This document shows positions 6,934 to 16,951 of a stretch of DNA of 58,437 bases, one piece after another. The stretch covers positions 1-58,437 of the forward strand of contig JBILKX010000002.1 of NCBI GenBank assembly GCA_044376435.1, written 5' to 3'. This DNA comes from Alphaproteobacteria bacterium. GTDB lineage: Bacteria > Pseudomonadota > Alphaproteobacteria > JBILKX01. The notes beneath the pieces were generated by a model. The model made no database searches, was not told where the DNA came from, and saw nothing but the letters and a program-made list of their open reading frames with translations. Each line of letters starts with the position of its first letter. Positions within the stretch are counted from its first letter, which is position 1. The position numbers and the translations under genes are program-made.

Positions 6934-8376
6934 TCAGCGTTCTCCTTGGGACTTCGTATAGGTTGGCCCACTATCCCAAACCATGAGCTTTTCCAGGTGC
7001 ATCCAGTTATGTTTTGTGCTGATTTTATCAAGCAAGGCAAACATCTCGGCATCGGACATTTGTGTTCCGCCATCTCGCAGCATAAAGCGGGCGCGCCAAT
7101 GATCAATTACATCTGGCGATACCCCTGCTGACGGGTATACCTGCACCCCACGATTAGAGATTAATTTGAGCACAAAGCCTGTATCAGCTGTCAGCTGCTC
7201 TAAGCTACGCCCCAGATCATCTGAGGCAAGACCAGACTCAATGAACACATCCACACCGACGACATCGCGCTTTTTTGAGCTCACCTGCACGGGCGACCGA
7301 TCAACAGTTGGCAGTTTAATAGGCTTATAATCACGCTTTTTAAACCCATCATAGGTTTTACCAAGGTTACTAATAATGGCATCTGTCAAGGCTGTGGTTG
7401 AGCACGGGTTATGTGGCGCCACGTCGCGCGTCAAGAACTGCTTAGACGCTAATGTTACCAACAATGCCTGATCAATTGTATTCGCAGCTTCAAATTCCCC
7501 AATATGCCGCAACATCATTAATCCTGAAAGCAATACTGCAATGGGATTGATCACGTTTTTTCCAGCATATTTTGGCGCGGATCCATGCACAGCTTCAAAG
7601 ATTGATACCTCGTTGCCAATATTAGCACCTGGGGCAAATCCTAGGCCGCCAATAAGCGCAGAACTTAGATCGCTGATGATATCTCCGTTCATATTCGTGG
7701 TGACGATCACGTCAAACTGGCTGGGTTTCTTTACAAGCTGGTGCGCGGTATTATCGATGATGATATGGTTAGATTCAATATCTGGATACTCAGGCGCAAT
7801 ACGCTCAAAGGTTCGCTTTAATGTCCCTTCACTAAATTTCATGATATTGGCTTTTGTCGCACAATGAACGCGCTTACGCCCTTCTGAACGCGCAAATTCA
7901 AAAGCAAGACGCACAATCTTTTCGCAGCCTTTAGATGAGATCAATTTTAATGACAGAGCTGTCCCAGGAGTTTGCATATACTCAATACCCGCGTAGAGAT
8001 CTTCAACATTCTCCCGCACAATCACTAGGTCAACCCCCGTCCCTGAGTAAGGCGTTGTAATACCTGGAAATTCTTTGACGGGCCGAATGTTGCCAAAGGT
8101 CTCGAATAACTTACGCAAAGTTACGTTTGCACTCTTTTCACCAAAGCCTATAGGTGTTTCTAAGGGCCCCTTTAACGCGACTTTGTTCCGCGCGATAGAG
8201 TCCATCGTCTCTTGAGGCACGCCTGTCTCAAGCCCCTTCTTGAAAACTTCGGCTCCAGCCTCACACATCTCCCAATCAATGGAGACACCAGCTGCATCAA
8301 TAATTTTACGCGTGGCTGTTGTAACTTCTGGACCAATACCGTCCCCAGAAATTAAGGATATTTTATGCTTTGCCAT
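6934..8376 (-). CDS. icd: Isocitrate dehydrogenase (long about 480-aa form with C-terminal extension)
   Basis: GDGIGPEV N-terminus, IVRENVEDLYAG, and NMNGDIISD, the signature of the isocitrate/isopropylmalate dehydrogenase family. An extra C-terminal domain of about 130 aa matches the roughly 480-aa alphaproteobacterial type. Confidence 0.88.
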   Translation of the reverse strand: MAKHKISLISGDGIGPEVTTATRKIIDAAGVSIDWEMCEAGAEVFKKGLETGVPQETMDSIARNKVALKGPLETPIGFGEKSANVTLRKLFETFGNIRPVKEFPGITTPYSGTGVDLVIVRENVEDLYAGIEYMQTPGTALSLKLISSKGCEKIVRLAFEFARSEGRKRVHCATKANIMKFSEGTLKRTFERIAPEYPDIESNHIIIDNTAHQLVKKPSQFDVIVTTNMNGDIISDLSSALIGGLGFAPGANIGNEVSIFEAVHGSAPKYAGKNVINPIAVLLSGLMMLRHIGEFEAANTIDQALLVTLASKQFLTRDVAPHNPCSTTALTDAIISNLGKTYDGFKKRDYKPIKLPTVDRSPVQVSSKKRDVVGVDVFIESGLASDDLGRSLEQLTADTGFVLKLISNRGVQVYPSAGVSPDVIDHWRARFMLRDGGTQMSDAEMFALLDKISTKHNWMHLEKLMVWDSGPTYTKSQGER

Positions 8377-8498
8377 ATGTCCCTGTTCCTTCTATGTTAG
8401 AATTTCACTGTATAGTTTATCAACAAATGGTTGCCAAAACATTGCATAAATATTAAAAAAGTGTAAATATCTTCTTTCGAGGGCCAGGATAACCATTG

Positions 8499-10799
8499 AT
8501 GAAACTTTGTTTTTTTATACGTAAGATTTTGCGCACGTTCGGCATGGTGGTGGTTGTGACCTTCCCCCTATCTATGCACGCTAGTGAATTACATCTTAAT
8601 GCCTCTGAACCTGTCAATCTACAAGCCAATGAGATCCTCTATGACCAAGAGCTTGGATTGATGATCGCCCGAGGCGATGTTGAAATCCATCAGCATGCGC
8701 AACACTTATATGCAGATACTGTCACATATAATCAGAAATTAGATCGGGTTACGGCATCAGGTAGTGTGCGTTTACATGACGCGAAAGGCAATATCGCGCA
8801 TACTTCTTACGCAGAATTAAGCGGTGATCTTAAAGAGGGTTTTATCAAGGAGGTGCGCATCCGCGCTAAAGATGAATCGCGATTTCGAGCGGCTCAAGGT
8901 GCCCGTCAAAACTCCGGGGTGACCGTGTTAGAGCGCGTGTACTATACCCCCTGCCGTGAATGTAGCACTGATCCTAATCTACCGGTAACTTGGCACATTA
9001 CGGCGAAAAAAATGATCTGGGATGACGTCAGTGAGAACGTTCAGTATCATAATGCTGTCTTGCACATCCGCGACCTGCCCATCCTTCCAGTGCCATTTCT
9101 GACACACCCCGCCCCAACTGTACATCGGCGGAGTGGTTTTCTTACCCCTACCGCTCGACAAAACAATATGTTTGGCCTCTCGTTTGGCATTCCGTATTTT
9201 ATCGACGTCAGTCCAAGTCAGAATCTTACCGTACAACCTTTCTTCTTTACACGCGAAACTCCCATGCTCTCTGCGGAATATCATCACCAGCTCAAAAACG
9301 CATTTTTTAAGATTCAAGGGAGCGCCGCTCATCCTAAGCACGTCAAAGGCTTACGCCGCAAGGTACAAGATAACACCGTGGTTATGGCGCCAAGCGATCG
9401 GCCACGATGGCACCTCAAGAGTACAGCGCAATGGAATATCGATCCAACTTGGCGTATGACGCTCAAAGGCAATCGGTTAAGCGACCGTACATATTATCGA
9501 CATTACAACTTCTTTGGCCATCAGCAAGATACTTCACTTGTCTCCAACCTTGACTTAGAAGGATTTTGGTCGCGCAGCTACGCCTTGATCCGCACCCAAG
9601 CCTTCCAAAGCCTAGCGCAAGATACATCTGTTACTATTAGCCCCTATGTTCTGCCTTTGATGCGCTGGAATATGCGGACAACGCCTAACGACTATGGTCA
9701 ATGGCTAGGATTCGATCTTAACTCTGCTGTTATCTATCGTCGCCAAGGGATCAACACCCAGCGCCTCTCCACACGCAGCTCATGGTATGCGCCGTGGCGG
9801 TGTCACGGACATGAATTTAGCCTCCAAGGACAAATTCAAGCCGACACTTATCACTCGCGTTTTGAAGAGAATCGCTTCATTGACCCGAGCGTCCCACGAC
9901 CTATCGTAGGCTCCCAAGGGCGCATGGCGCCCAAAGCCGCGGTGACATGGCGTTATCCTCAGTTATTCCATAGCGCAGGTGGTCCGTGGCTTCTTCAGCC
10001 AACCGCTATGTTTATTGCCGCACCAGGACAGCGCCCCTGGCAGCGTATTCCCAATGAAGATAGCCGTGACTTTCAGGCGTTTGATGATACGCATCTTTTC
10101 CACCTCGATCGTTTCCCAGGCGTAGATCGGATTGATAGTGGCAGCCGCACTGATTACGGCATGGAATTGTTCCATCTGGGGCCGCGACCGTCCTCCGTGT
10201 TTCTTGGCCAAACTTATACATTCAAGCCGCAAAGTTTCCTAGGCACTGTCTCAGGGTTTAATCGTCATCGCTCTGATTATGTCGCCCGTGCCACCATCAC
10301 ACCGACCGACAATTTGAATGTTCATTATCGCTCGCGCTTTGCGCGCCAAAATTGGCACACGCGTTGGCGCGAAATCAGTGTGAACACCTTAACTGGCCCG
10401 CTACATCTTACCACATCCTATCTGTTTTTTGCCCGCAATGCTAACTCGCAAAGCCATAGTAAACTTCACATGATTCATCAATCCATTGATATGCAAGTGG
10501 CGAAACAATGGTCAAGTGGCATTGGGTTTAGTCGAAATCTGCACCGTGGGCATCAGCTGAATCACAGTGCGACGATTAAATATAAGGATGATTGTTTAGA
10601 AGCCAGTGCTAGCCTCCGTCGCAGTTTTTACGAAATTCCCGGATTTAAGCCCGGCTTGACAGTGTCATTTAATTTAAATTTCAAGAATCTTGGCGATGTT
10701 TCTTACCAAAACACCCTTACCCGTCCCGCAAGCACCGCCCTCCTTGGGAGCGACGACACGCAACCTACTGAGTCAAAAAGCTCTTTGGGGAATTCTTGA
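8499..10799 (+). CDS. lptD: LPS-assembly outer-membrane protein LptD
   Basis: Signal peptide and an OstA-like N-terminal domain (ANEILYDQELGLMIARGDVEI ... ADTVTYN ... ASGSVRL). The long C-terminal region is aromatic/Gly-rich and barrel-like. ATG 8499 follows the TTG used in the track. Confidence 0.85.
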   Translation: MKLCFFIRKILRTFGMVVVVTFPLSMHASELHLNASEPVNLQANEILYDQELGLMIARGDVEIHQHAQHLYADTVTYNQKLDRVTASGSVRLHDAKGNIAHTSYAELSGDLKEGFIKEVRIRAKDESRFRAAQGARQNSGVTVLERVYYTPCRECSTDPNLPVTWHITAKKMIWDDVSENVQYHNAVLHIRDLPILPVPFLTHPAPTVHRRSGFLTPTARQNNMFGLSFGIPYFIDVSPSQNLTVQPFFFTRETPMLSAEYHHQLKNAFFKIQGSAAHPKHVKGLRRKVQDNTVVMAPSDRPRWHLKSTAQWNIDPTWRMTLKGNRLSDRTYYRHYNFFGHQQDTSLVSNLDLEGFWSRSYALIRTQAFQSLAQDTSVTISPYVLPLMRWNMRTTPNDYGQWLGFDLNSAVIYRRQGINTQRLSTRSSWYAPWRCHGHEFSLQGQIQADTYHSRFEENRFIDPSVPRPIVGSQGRMAPKAAVTWRYPQLFHSAGGPWLLQPTAMFIAAPGQRPWQRIPNEDSRDFQAFDDTHLFHLDRFPGVDRIDSGSRTDYGMELFHLGPRPSSVFLGQTYTFKPQSFLGTVSGFNRHRSDYVARATITPTDNLNVHYRSRFARQNWHTRWREISVNTLTGPLHLTTSYLFFARNANSQSHSKLHMIHQSIDMQVAKQWSSGIGFSRNLHRGHQLNHSATIKYKDDCLEASASLRRSFYEIPGFKPGLTVSFNLNFKNLGDVSYQNTLTRPASTALLGSDDTQPTESKSSLGNS

Positions 10800-11267
10800 G
10801 AAGCAACGATTTAACTGATCCAAGCGCTCTGCCCAATCGTCACTCGCCTGCTCACACGTGAAGGTTAGCTGCCGCCCTTGCTCTAAGGACTCAAGTTTAC
10901 ACCACAATGCCGTCTTAGGCATCGTCGCGCCAAGACGCTCGGGCCACTCAATCAGGCTCACACCTTCGGCAAAGGCTTCTTCAATCCCAAGATCCCATAC
11001 TTCTTCAGCAGCATTTAGCCGGTAGAGATCAAAATGCCATACTGGTGGCGTGAGGTGGTCATACACTTGGACGAGGGTATATGTGGGACTCGGCACACTA
11101 ATCGCCTGCCCAGCGATTGTTTGAATCAAACTACGGGCAAGCGTACTTTTACCCGCGCCCAAGGGTCCTTGCAAGGCCAGAATATCGCCGGGGCGTACAA
11201 TCCCAGCGAGTACGGCACCGACAGCTTGGGTATCTGTTTCCTGGGGCAACTCGAGGACTAAATGCAT
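10773..11267 (-). CDS. tsaE: tRNA t6A37 biosynthesis ATPase TsaE (YjeE)
   Basis: P-loop GPLGAGKST, PSPTYTLVQVY and HFDLYRL motifs. The 3' end overlaps the lptD 3' end by 27 nt (convergent). Confidence 0.85.
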   Translation of the reverse strand: MHLVLELPQETDTQAVGAVLAGIVRPGDILALQGPLGAGKSTLARSLIQTIAGQAISVPSPTYTLVQVYDHLTPPVWHFDLYRLNAAEEVWDLGIEEAFAEGVSLIEWPERLGATMPKTALWCKLESLEQGRQLTFTCEQASDDWAERLDQLNRCFSRIPQRAF

Positions 11268-11268
11268 T

Positions 11269-12105
11269 TTATGCTAGGTTTATGGGGTGTGCTTTCGCAA
11301 GCTGGTCAAATTGCTGGAGCACCCTCAGGAGGTTCTCGAGCTCTGCCAGACGCACCATGTTCGGGCCATCACTCGGCGCGTTATCAGGATCTTGGTGTGT
11401 CTCAATAAAGACACCAGCCACACCCACAGCTAAGGCTGCACGCGCTAATACCGGCACGAATTCACGCTGTCCCCCACTACGGTCGCCGGCGCCACCTGGC
11501 TGTTGCACCGAGTGGGTGGCATCAAAGATAACCGGAAAGCCTGTGGCCGCCATAATCGGTAAGGCGCGCATATCTGAGACAAGCGTATTGTAGCCAAACG
11601 ATACGCCACGCTCGCAGAGCATAACCTGCTCATTCCCGAAAGCGACCATCTTTTGGGCGACATTTTTCATATCCCAAGGCGCTAAGAATTGCCCTTTCTT
11701 GATATGCACCGCCTTGCCGGTTGCCGCTGCCGCCGCCAACAAATCCGTCTGTCGGCACAAAAACGCCGGGATTTGCAACACATCCACAACCTGGCCTACA
11801 ACCGCACACTGCTCGGCATCATGGACGTCCGTTAGCACCGGACACCCAAATTTCGTGCGAACTTGCGTCAGAATATCCAAGCCTTGGGTCACCCCAATCC
11901 CACGCGCAGCGGCGGCACTGGTGCGATTCGCTTTATCGAAAGAACTTTTGTAGATAAACGGAATACCAAGTTTCGTGGTAATCTCGCTGATCGCCTGCGC
12001 CATTTCCATGGCATGGGCTAAGCTTTCAATAGCGCAAGGACCGGCAATTAAGGTAAATGGTAGGTTATTAGCAACGGATAAGTGTCTGATACGAACTGTT
12101 TTCAT
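11269..12105 (-). CDS. kdsA: 3-deoxy-8-phosphooctulonate (KDO8P) synthase
   Basis: Motifs [21 protein letters not shown] and [15 protein letters not shown] 12105 is preceded by GAGGAG at 5-nt spacing; the track start at 12117 is a TTG. Confidence 0.92.
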   Translation of the reverse strand: MKTVRIRHLSVANNLPFTLIAGPCAIESLAHAMEMAQAISEITTKLGIPFIYKSSFDKANRTSAAAARGIGVTQGLDILTQVRTKFGCPVLTDVHDAEQCAVVGQVVDVLQIPAFLCRQTDLLAAAAATGKAVHIKKGQFLAPWDMKNVAQKMVAFGNEQVMLCERGVSFGYNTLVSDMRALPIMAATGFPVIFDATHSVQQPGGAGDRSGGQREFVPVLARAALAVGVAGVFIETHQDPDNAPSDGPNMVRLAELENLLRVLQQFDQLAKAHPINLA

Positions 12106-12203
12106 AATGCTCCTCAATAGGTTCTAGCTTCTAGATTTCGAATTCTCTATTATCACCTCGTGGGTTGAATAGCAAGATTTTTAGGACCTGCGGTCGAGAA
12201 TGA

Positions 12204-13859
12204 CTATCTTGTTTTCTGCGCTAACGCTGCTTTGACAAAGCCTAAAAATAGGGGGTGCGCAGCAAATGGTCGCGATTTAAACTCTGGGTGGTACTGCACC
12301 GCCACGAACCATGGGTGGTCCTTAAGTTCAATCACCTCTGTGAGCAGCCCATCGGGTGAGCGCCCACTAATGTACAACCCCTGTACCTCTAGGCCTGGCA
12401 GGTATTCCGGGTTTACCTCATAGCGATGGCGATGACGTTCCGTAATCGTCTTGGCCTGATAGGCTTCTGCAGCACGTGAGCCTTCTTCCAGCACACACTC
12501 ATATGCCCCCAACCGCAATGTCCCACCGAGATTACCATCAGACTGGCGTTCCTGACGCACATCACCCTGGCGCCACTCGGTCATGAGCGATATAATCGGC
12601 TCTGGCGTCGGCCCAAATTCTGTGGAGTTCGCCTGCGCAATACCCTCAACATGACGGGCATACTCGACAACTGCAAGCTGCATCCCAAGGCAGATCCCAA
12701 AGAATGGTACTTTGTGCTCGCGTGCCCAGCGGATCGCCTGAATTTTGCCTTCAATCCCACGCACGCCGAAACCACCGGGAACCAAAACACCAGCAACTCC
12801 GTCTAACGCCTTGGTATCGATTTCTTCGGCATTGATCCAGCGAATCTCCACCTGCGTATTGGTCGCAATACCGGCATGAACAAGCGCCTGAATCAATGAC
12901 TTATAGCAGTCTAAGTAGCCGACATATTTCGCCACCACTGCAATCTCGACTTTATGTTCCGGGTGCAAGCAGCGGTGCGCAATTTCACGCCACGCGGGAA
13001 CATTAGCCATGTGACTCCGCAACGCTTTAGCATTGCCATAGGCACCATGGAAAGGCAGATCGAAATACGCACAGACGCGCGCATCCAGCTCCACTTCATG
13101 AAACCACACCGGCACTTGGTAAATATTTGCGACATCTACAGCCTCGAAGACACGATCCGGACGTATATTACAAAATGTGGCGATTTTGGATTTCACATCT
13201 TCAGGAAGGGGCCGATCACAGCGGCACAGAATCATATCTGGCTGAATACCAAGACTGCTCAATTCCTTCACAGAATGTTGCGTTGGCTTGGTTTTGAGCT
13301 CGTGGGCAGAGGCAATATAGGGCACCAGCGTCAAGTGTATATATAAGACCCGCTCCCGACCAACATCGTTGCCAAACTGCCGGATTGCTTCTATAAACGG
13401 TAGCCCCTCAATGTCGCCAACCGTGCCGCCAATCTCACATAGGACGAAATCTTCATCGGTGATATCATGACTAATGAATTGCTTGATGGCATCTGTGACA
13501 TGGGGAATCACCTGGACCGTACGCCCCAGATAATCACCGCGGCGTTCCTTGGCGATCACGTGCGAGTAAATTTTCCCCGCTGTTGTTGTGTCATCACAGG
13601 TGCTCGAAACGCCGGTAAAGCGCTCGTAATGACCAAGATCTAAGTCGGTCTCGGTCCCATCATCGGTGACAAACACTTCCCCATGCTGAAAAGGACTCAT
13701 GGTCCCAGGATCAACATTGAGATACGGATCTAGCTTGCGCAGGCGCACTTTGTAGCCTTGCGCCTGCAGAAGCGCCGCCAGCGAGGCGGCGGCCAACCCT
13801 TTTCCGAGTGAGGAGAGAACCCCGCCAGTAATAAAGATATATCGGGTGGCAGCACTCAT
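12204..13859 (-). CDS. pyrG: CTP synthase
   Basis: [15 protein letters not shown] and GGTVGDIE motifs. The C-terminal glutamine amidotransferase domain carries GICLGMQ and YHPEF. Confidence 0.96.
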   Translation of the reverse strand: MSAATRYIFITGGVLSSLGKGLAAASLAALLQAQGYKVRLRKLDPYLNVDPGTMSPFQHGEVFVTDDGTETDLDLGHYERFTGVSSTCDDTTTAGKIYSHVIAKERRGDYLGRTVQVIPHVTDAIKQFISHDITDEDFVLCEIGGTVGDIEGLPFIEAIRQFGNDVGRERVLYIHLTLVPYIASAHELKTKPTQHSVKELSSLGIQPDMILCRCDRPLPEDVKSKIATFCNIRPDRVFEAVDVANIYQVPVWFHEVELDARVCAYFDLPFHGAYGNAKALRSHMANVPAWREIAHRCLHPEHKVEIAVVAKYVGYLDCYKSLIQALVHAGIATNTQVEIRWINAEEIDTKALDGVAGVLVPGGFGVRGIEGKIQAIRWAREHKVPFFGICLGMQLAVVEYARHVEGIAQANSTEFGPTPEPIISLMTEWRQGDVRQERQSDGNLGGTLRLGAYECVLEEGSRAAEAYQAKTITERHRHRYEVNPEYLPGLEVQGLYISGRSPDGLLTEVIELKDHPWFVAVQYHPEFKSRPFAAHPLFLGFVKAALAQKTR

Positions 13860-13868
13860 GAATTAAAA

Positions 13869-14231
13869 CTATTGAGCGGCTTTGGTAGGCGTACCTTGAT
13901 CAGCTTTCGCTGCGGTATTGTCTGGCGTTGCAGCCGGCGCGGCAGGCTCAACCATTTGCAAGGAAGCTGAGGCTTTCTCCAAAGGATCAAGAATGGTCTT
14001 AGCCTTGGTATAGCCGCCAGCCAAAATGGCCAGAACAAGGCTATTAGCGAAAAAACACGCCGCCAAAATCGCTGTCGCTCGAGTCAGCAAGTTGGCTTGA
14101 CCGCGCGCAGATACTAATCCGCCGCCGCTTGAGCCCCCCACCAGGCCACCGCCTTCGCTCCGCTGCACCAAAATCAACGCAACGATTAATAAGCAAATAA
14201 TCCCGTGTAAAACCATGAAAAACGTGTACAT
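13869..14231 (-). CDS. secG: Preprotein translocase subunit SecG
   Basis: MYTFFMVLHGIICLLIVALILVQRSEGGG..., two TM segments and a Gly-rich loop. AAGGA lies 7 nt upstream of ATG 14231. The secG-pyrG-kdsA order is conserved. Confidence 0.85.
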   Translation of the reverse strand: MYTFFMVLHGIICLLIVALILVQRSEGGGLVGGSSGGGLVSARGQANLLTRATAILAACFFANSLVLAILAGGYTKAKTILDPLEKASASLQMVEPAAPAATPDNTAAKADQGTPTKAAQ

Positions 14232-14321
14232 ACTGCATCCTTTTAATAGCAAAATTTCCGGTGATTATACCTGTTACCTCTTGGTTTTTCAACCAAAAAC
14301 TCGCTTAAGGCGTGAGAGAAC

Positions 14322-15497
14322 TTAGCCCCACATCTGGTAGACGGTACCAACGCCACGCGCCAGCAGGATTGCCCCCAGAGGCAACCCATAGGTCCACGCG
14401 CTTTGGGCGGTCGACAGCGCTGAGAATGTCGTCATTCCCCCTAAGCTCCGTAACGCCTGCACGCTCTTCACCAGCGCCAGTGCGCCCCCCAGCATCATCG
14501 ATGCCCCGGCGCCTGCTTGCACAGGACCGCCGACATATTCACCGCGTATCACACGCGTGAGCTTAGCCGACACCGACTCTGCCTTCTGTGCGGCTGGCGG
14601 CGGCGTTACCTCAGCTTGCCGAGCCTGGATCGGATGCGCGCCTAACCACCGCATCAGATTCCATCCGACAACAACCATCGCGCCATTGACGCCAAGACGC
14701 TTCACCAATTTAACCCCCGACATCGGCACTTGTTTGTAGGACCAGCACATCTTATACCCATACCGATTAGCAGTCAGTGTCTCCTCTGTTTCTGACTTTT
14801 TCTCTACGCCCATGAAGTCTACAGAAAATTGATATGTTTGGGGGCCGTCGCTGCTTTGCGCGGGCTTGACCTGTAGAAGAAGCCGTTGATTATCTCTCAG
14901 GTAGAAATAATTTTGAGCCATGTATTGGGAATAATTTCTTAACGTCTCATGATCAACGGAAGGATTCTTGTCTCTCACATAGGCTAATAATTTTTCTTTA
15001 CGATGGTTAAGACCTTCATTTGCGAAAAATTTTAAACCACTGTCTACAAGCTCTGAGCATGATTGTCGAGCAAGATTACCGAACGTCCCCTCAAGCATAC
15101 TCCACGGTTTTATACTTCCATCATTATCATAAACACACACGGCAGCTGTTGCATCTTCCCCTTGAGATTTATAGAATCCCTTCTCATCCAGTGAGCTCTT
15201 ATTACGTGCACCACTGCCACTGGACTCACCCCCGCCAACCGTATCAAGACGCCACTCTTGCTTCCACAAATAATCCCTGACAGCCTTGACCATGCCAGAA
15301 ACACCCAGCCCACATGTCGCCCCCGCAAGGCCCCGATTCAAGCCATTGATGAGCGTAAGCGGCATGGAAGCTTTTGCAGCTCCCACCCCTTGGGACAGCT
15401 TTCCAGCCTCTCCAGCTTGATCAACTTGTGGCAATGCTATGCCTTGGCAGGCTATGCCTACCCAAATACTCAGAGCAACCTTTAATCCAATACGCAT
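14322..15497 (-). CDS. Hypothetical secreted/membrane protein, tandem paralog A (constant ends, variable centre)
   Basis: 391-aa ORF with SD AAGGAAGG upstream. The signal-like N-terminus and the Gly/Ala-rich hydrophobic N- and C-terminal modules are nearly identical to 15585-16766. The central region of about 165 aa is divergent. Confidence 0.75.
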   Translation of the reverse strand: MRIGLKVALSIWVGIACQGIALPQVDQAGEAGKLSQGVGAAKASMPLTLINGLNRGLAGATCGLGVSGMVKAVRDYLWKQEWRLDTVGGGESSGSGARNKSSLDEKGFYKSQGEDATAAVCVYDNDGSIKPWSMLEGTFGNLARQSCSELVDSGLKFFANEGLNHRKEKLLAYVRDKNPSVDHETLRNYSQYMAQNYFYLRDNQRLLLQVKPAQSSDGPQTYQFSVDFMGVEKKSETEETLTANRYGYKMCWSYKQVPMSGVKLVKRLGVNGAMVVVGWNLMRWLGAHPIQARQAEVTPPPAAQKAESVSAKLTRVIRGEYVGGPVQAGAGASMMLGGALALVKSVQALRSLGGMTTFSALSTAQSAWTYGLPLGAILLARGVGTVYQMWG

Positions 15498-15584
15498 GGT
15501 ACCTTCCTTATCCTTATAATAAAACCTTATGATGATACTATAGACATTATCGCCGCCTCGTCAAGAGCGCTGTTATGAGAGAAC

Positions 15585-16766
15585 TTAGCCCCACATCTGA
15601 TAAATGGTACCAACGCCACGCGCCAGCAAGATCGCCCCCAAGGGCAGCCCATAGGTCCACGCGCTTTGGGCGGTCGCCAGCGCCGAGAATGTTGTCATCC
15701 CCTCTAAGCTCCGTAAAGCTTGCACGCTCTTCACCAGCGCCAAACTGCCCACCAGCACCATCGACGCCCCGGCGCCCGCTTGCAGAAGCCCGCCGACATA
15801 GTCACCGCGTATCACACGCGTGAGCTTAGCCGGCACCGACTCTGCCTTCTGTGCGGCTGGCGGCGGCGTTACCTCAGCTTGCCGAGCCTGGATCGGATGC
15901 GCGCCCAACCACCGCAGCAGCTTCCATCCGACGACAGCCATCGCGCCATTGACGCCAAGACGCTTCACCAATTCAATGCCCGACATCGGCACTTGTTTGT
16001 AGGACCAGAACAGATCATATCGATCCCGGCACTCTCGGCTTTTTCCGTCTGTGTCTACCGTTTTCAATCCACCGTTCCATCTTACAAAGAATTTATACGC
16101 TTGCACGCTATCACTAGACTCACTTTCAGGGGCAATACCTAACTTAAGCTCTTCTCCTGATTTGAGGTAAAAGTATTTTTGGGCCTTATTAGTATCACTC
16201 ACAAGGGGATTATTTTGAGGATGATGTTTTTCCATAAAGTAGTCGATGAATGCCTTTTTTTGAGCCTGAAAAACTTCATCCGGCTCGTCGAAAAACTGAA
16301 AACCGGCCGTTAAAAGCTCTGGACATATTCGATCAGCAAGCTCCAAGAAATCCTCTTGAAGACCACTCCATAGCTTAGAAGCATAGGAATAATAGCGGGT
16401 GCAAACAAGTAAATCACTATTCTTTGGTCCCCAGGCTTTTTCATTCTTCTCGGGAGCTACCCCATCCGCACCCGATAGAACGGTCTCAGTTGATTGACCA
16501 CCTATTCCCTGCACAAAGCGCCACTCTTGCTTCCACAGATACTCCCTAACGGCCTTGACCATGCCAGAAACACCCAACCCACACGTCGCCCCCGCAAGGC
16601 CGCGATTTAAGCCATTGATGAGAGCCAGCGGCATGGAAGCTTTTGCAGCTCCCACCCCTTGGGACAGCTTTCCAGCCTCTCCAGCTTGATCAACTTGTGG
16701 CAATGCTATGCCTTGGCAGGCTATGCCTACCCAAACACTCAGAGCAACCTTTAATCCAATACGCAT
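15585..16766 (-). CDS. Hypothetical secreted/membrane protein, tandem paralog B
   Basis: 393-aa ORF with the same upstream region and RBS as paralog A. About the first 83 and last 140 residues are conserved; the centre is divergent. Confidence 0.75.
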   Translation of the reverse strand: MRIGLKVALSVWVGIACQGIALPQVDQAGEAGKLSQGVGAAKASMPLALINGLNRGLAGATCGLGVSGMVKAVREYLWKQEWRFVQGIGGQSTETVLSGADGVAPEKNEKAWGPKNSDLLVCTRYYSYASKLWSGLQEDFLELADRICPELLTAGFQFFDEPDEVFQAQKKAFIDYFMEKHHPQNNPLVSDTNKAQKYFYLKSGEELKLGIAPESESSDSVQAYKFFVRWNGGLKTVDTDGKSRECRDRYDLFWSYKQVPMSGIELVKRLGVNGAMAVVGWKLLRWLGAHPIQARQAEVTPPPAAQKAESVPAKLTRVIRGDYVGGLLQAGAGASMVLVGSLALVKSVQALRSLEGMTTFSALATAQSAWTYGLPLGAILLARGVGTIYQMWG

Positions 16767-16951
16767 GGTACCTTCCTTATCCTAATAATAAAACCTGATG
16801 ATGATACTATAGGTATTATCGCCGCCCCGTCAAGAGCGCTGCAGTCCCCCACCCCATTTCATCTTGGTATCGATCGCCACAACTAATCCTTGCAACCTTT
16901 AGGGTTTTCGCATAGGTTAAGGAGATATAAAAACTAAAGATTTTTTGGAAA

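Noticed and set aside
11117-11593. 158-aa plus-strand ORF spanning the tsaE/kdsA junction
   Set aside because: It is antisense to two well-supported genes and has Arg/Ser/Pro-rich, shadow-ORF composition.
14312-14560. 82-aa plus-strand ORF conserved with 15575-15823 (and the 60-aa pair 14557-14739 / 15820-16002)
   Set aside because: They are antisense to the conserved 3' blocks of the tandem paralogs, so their apparent conservation only reflects the DNA duplication. The Pro/Arg/Ser-rich composition is typical of antisense reading of GC-rich coding DNA.
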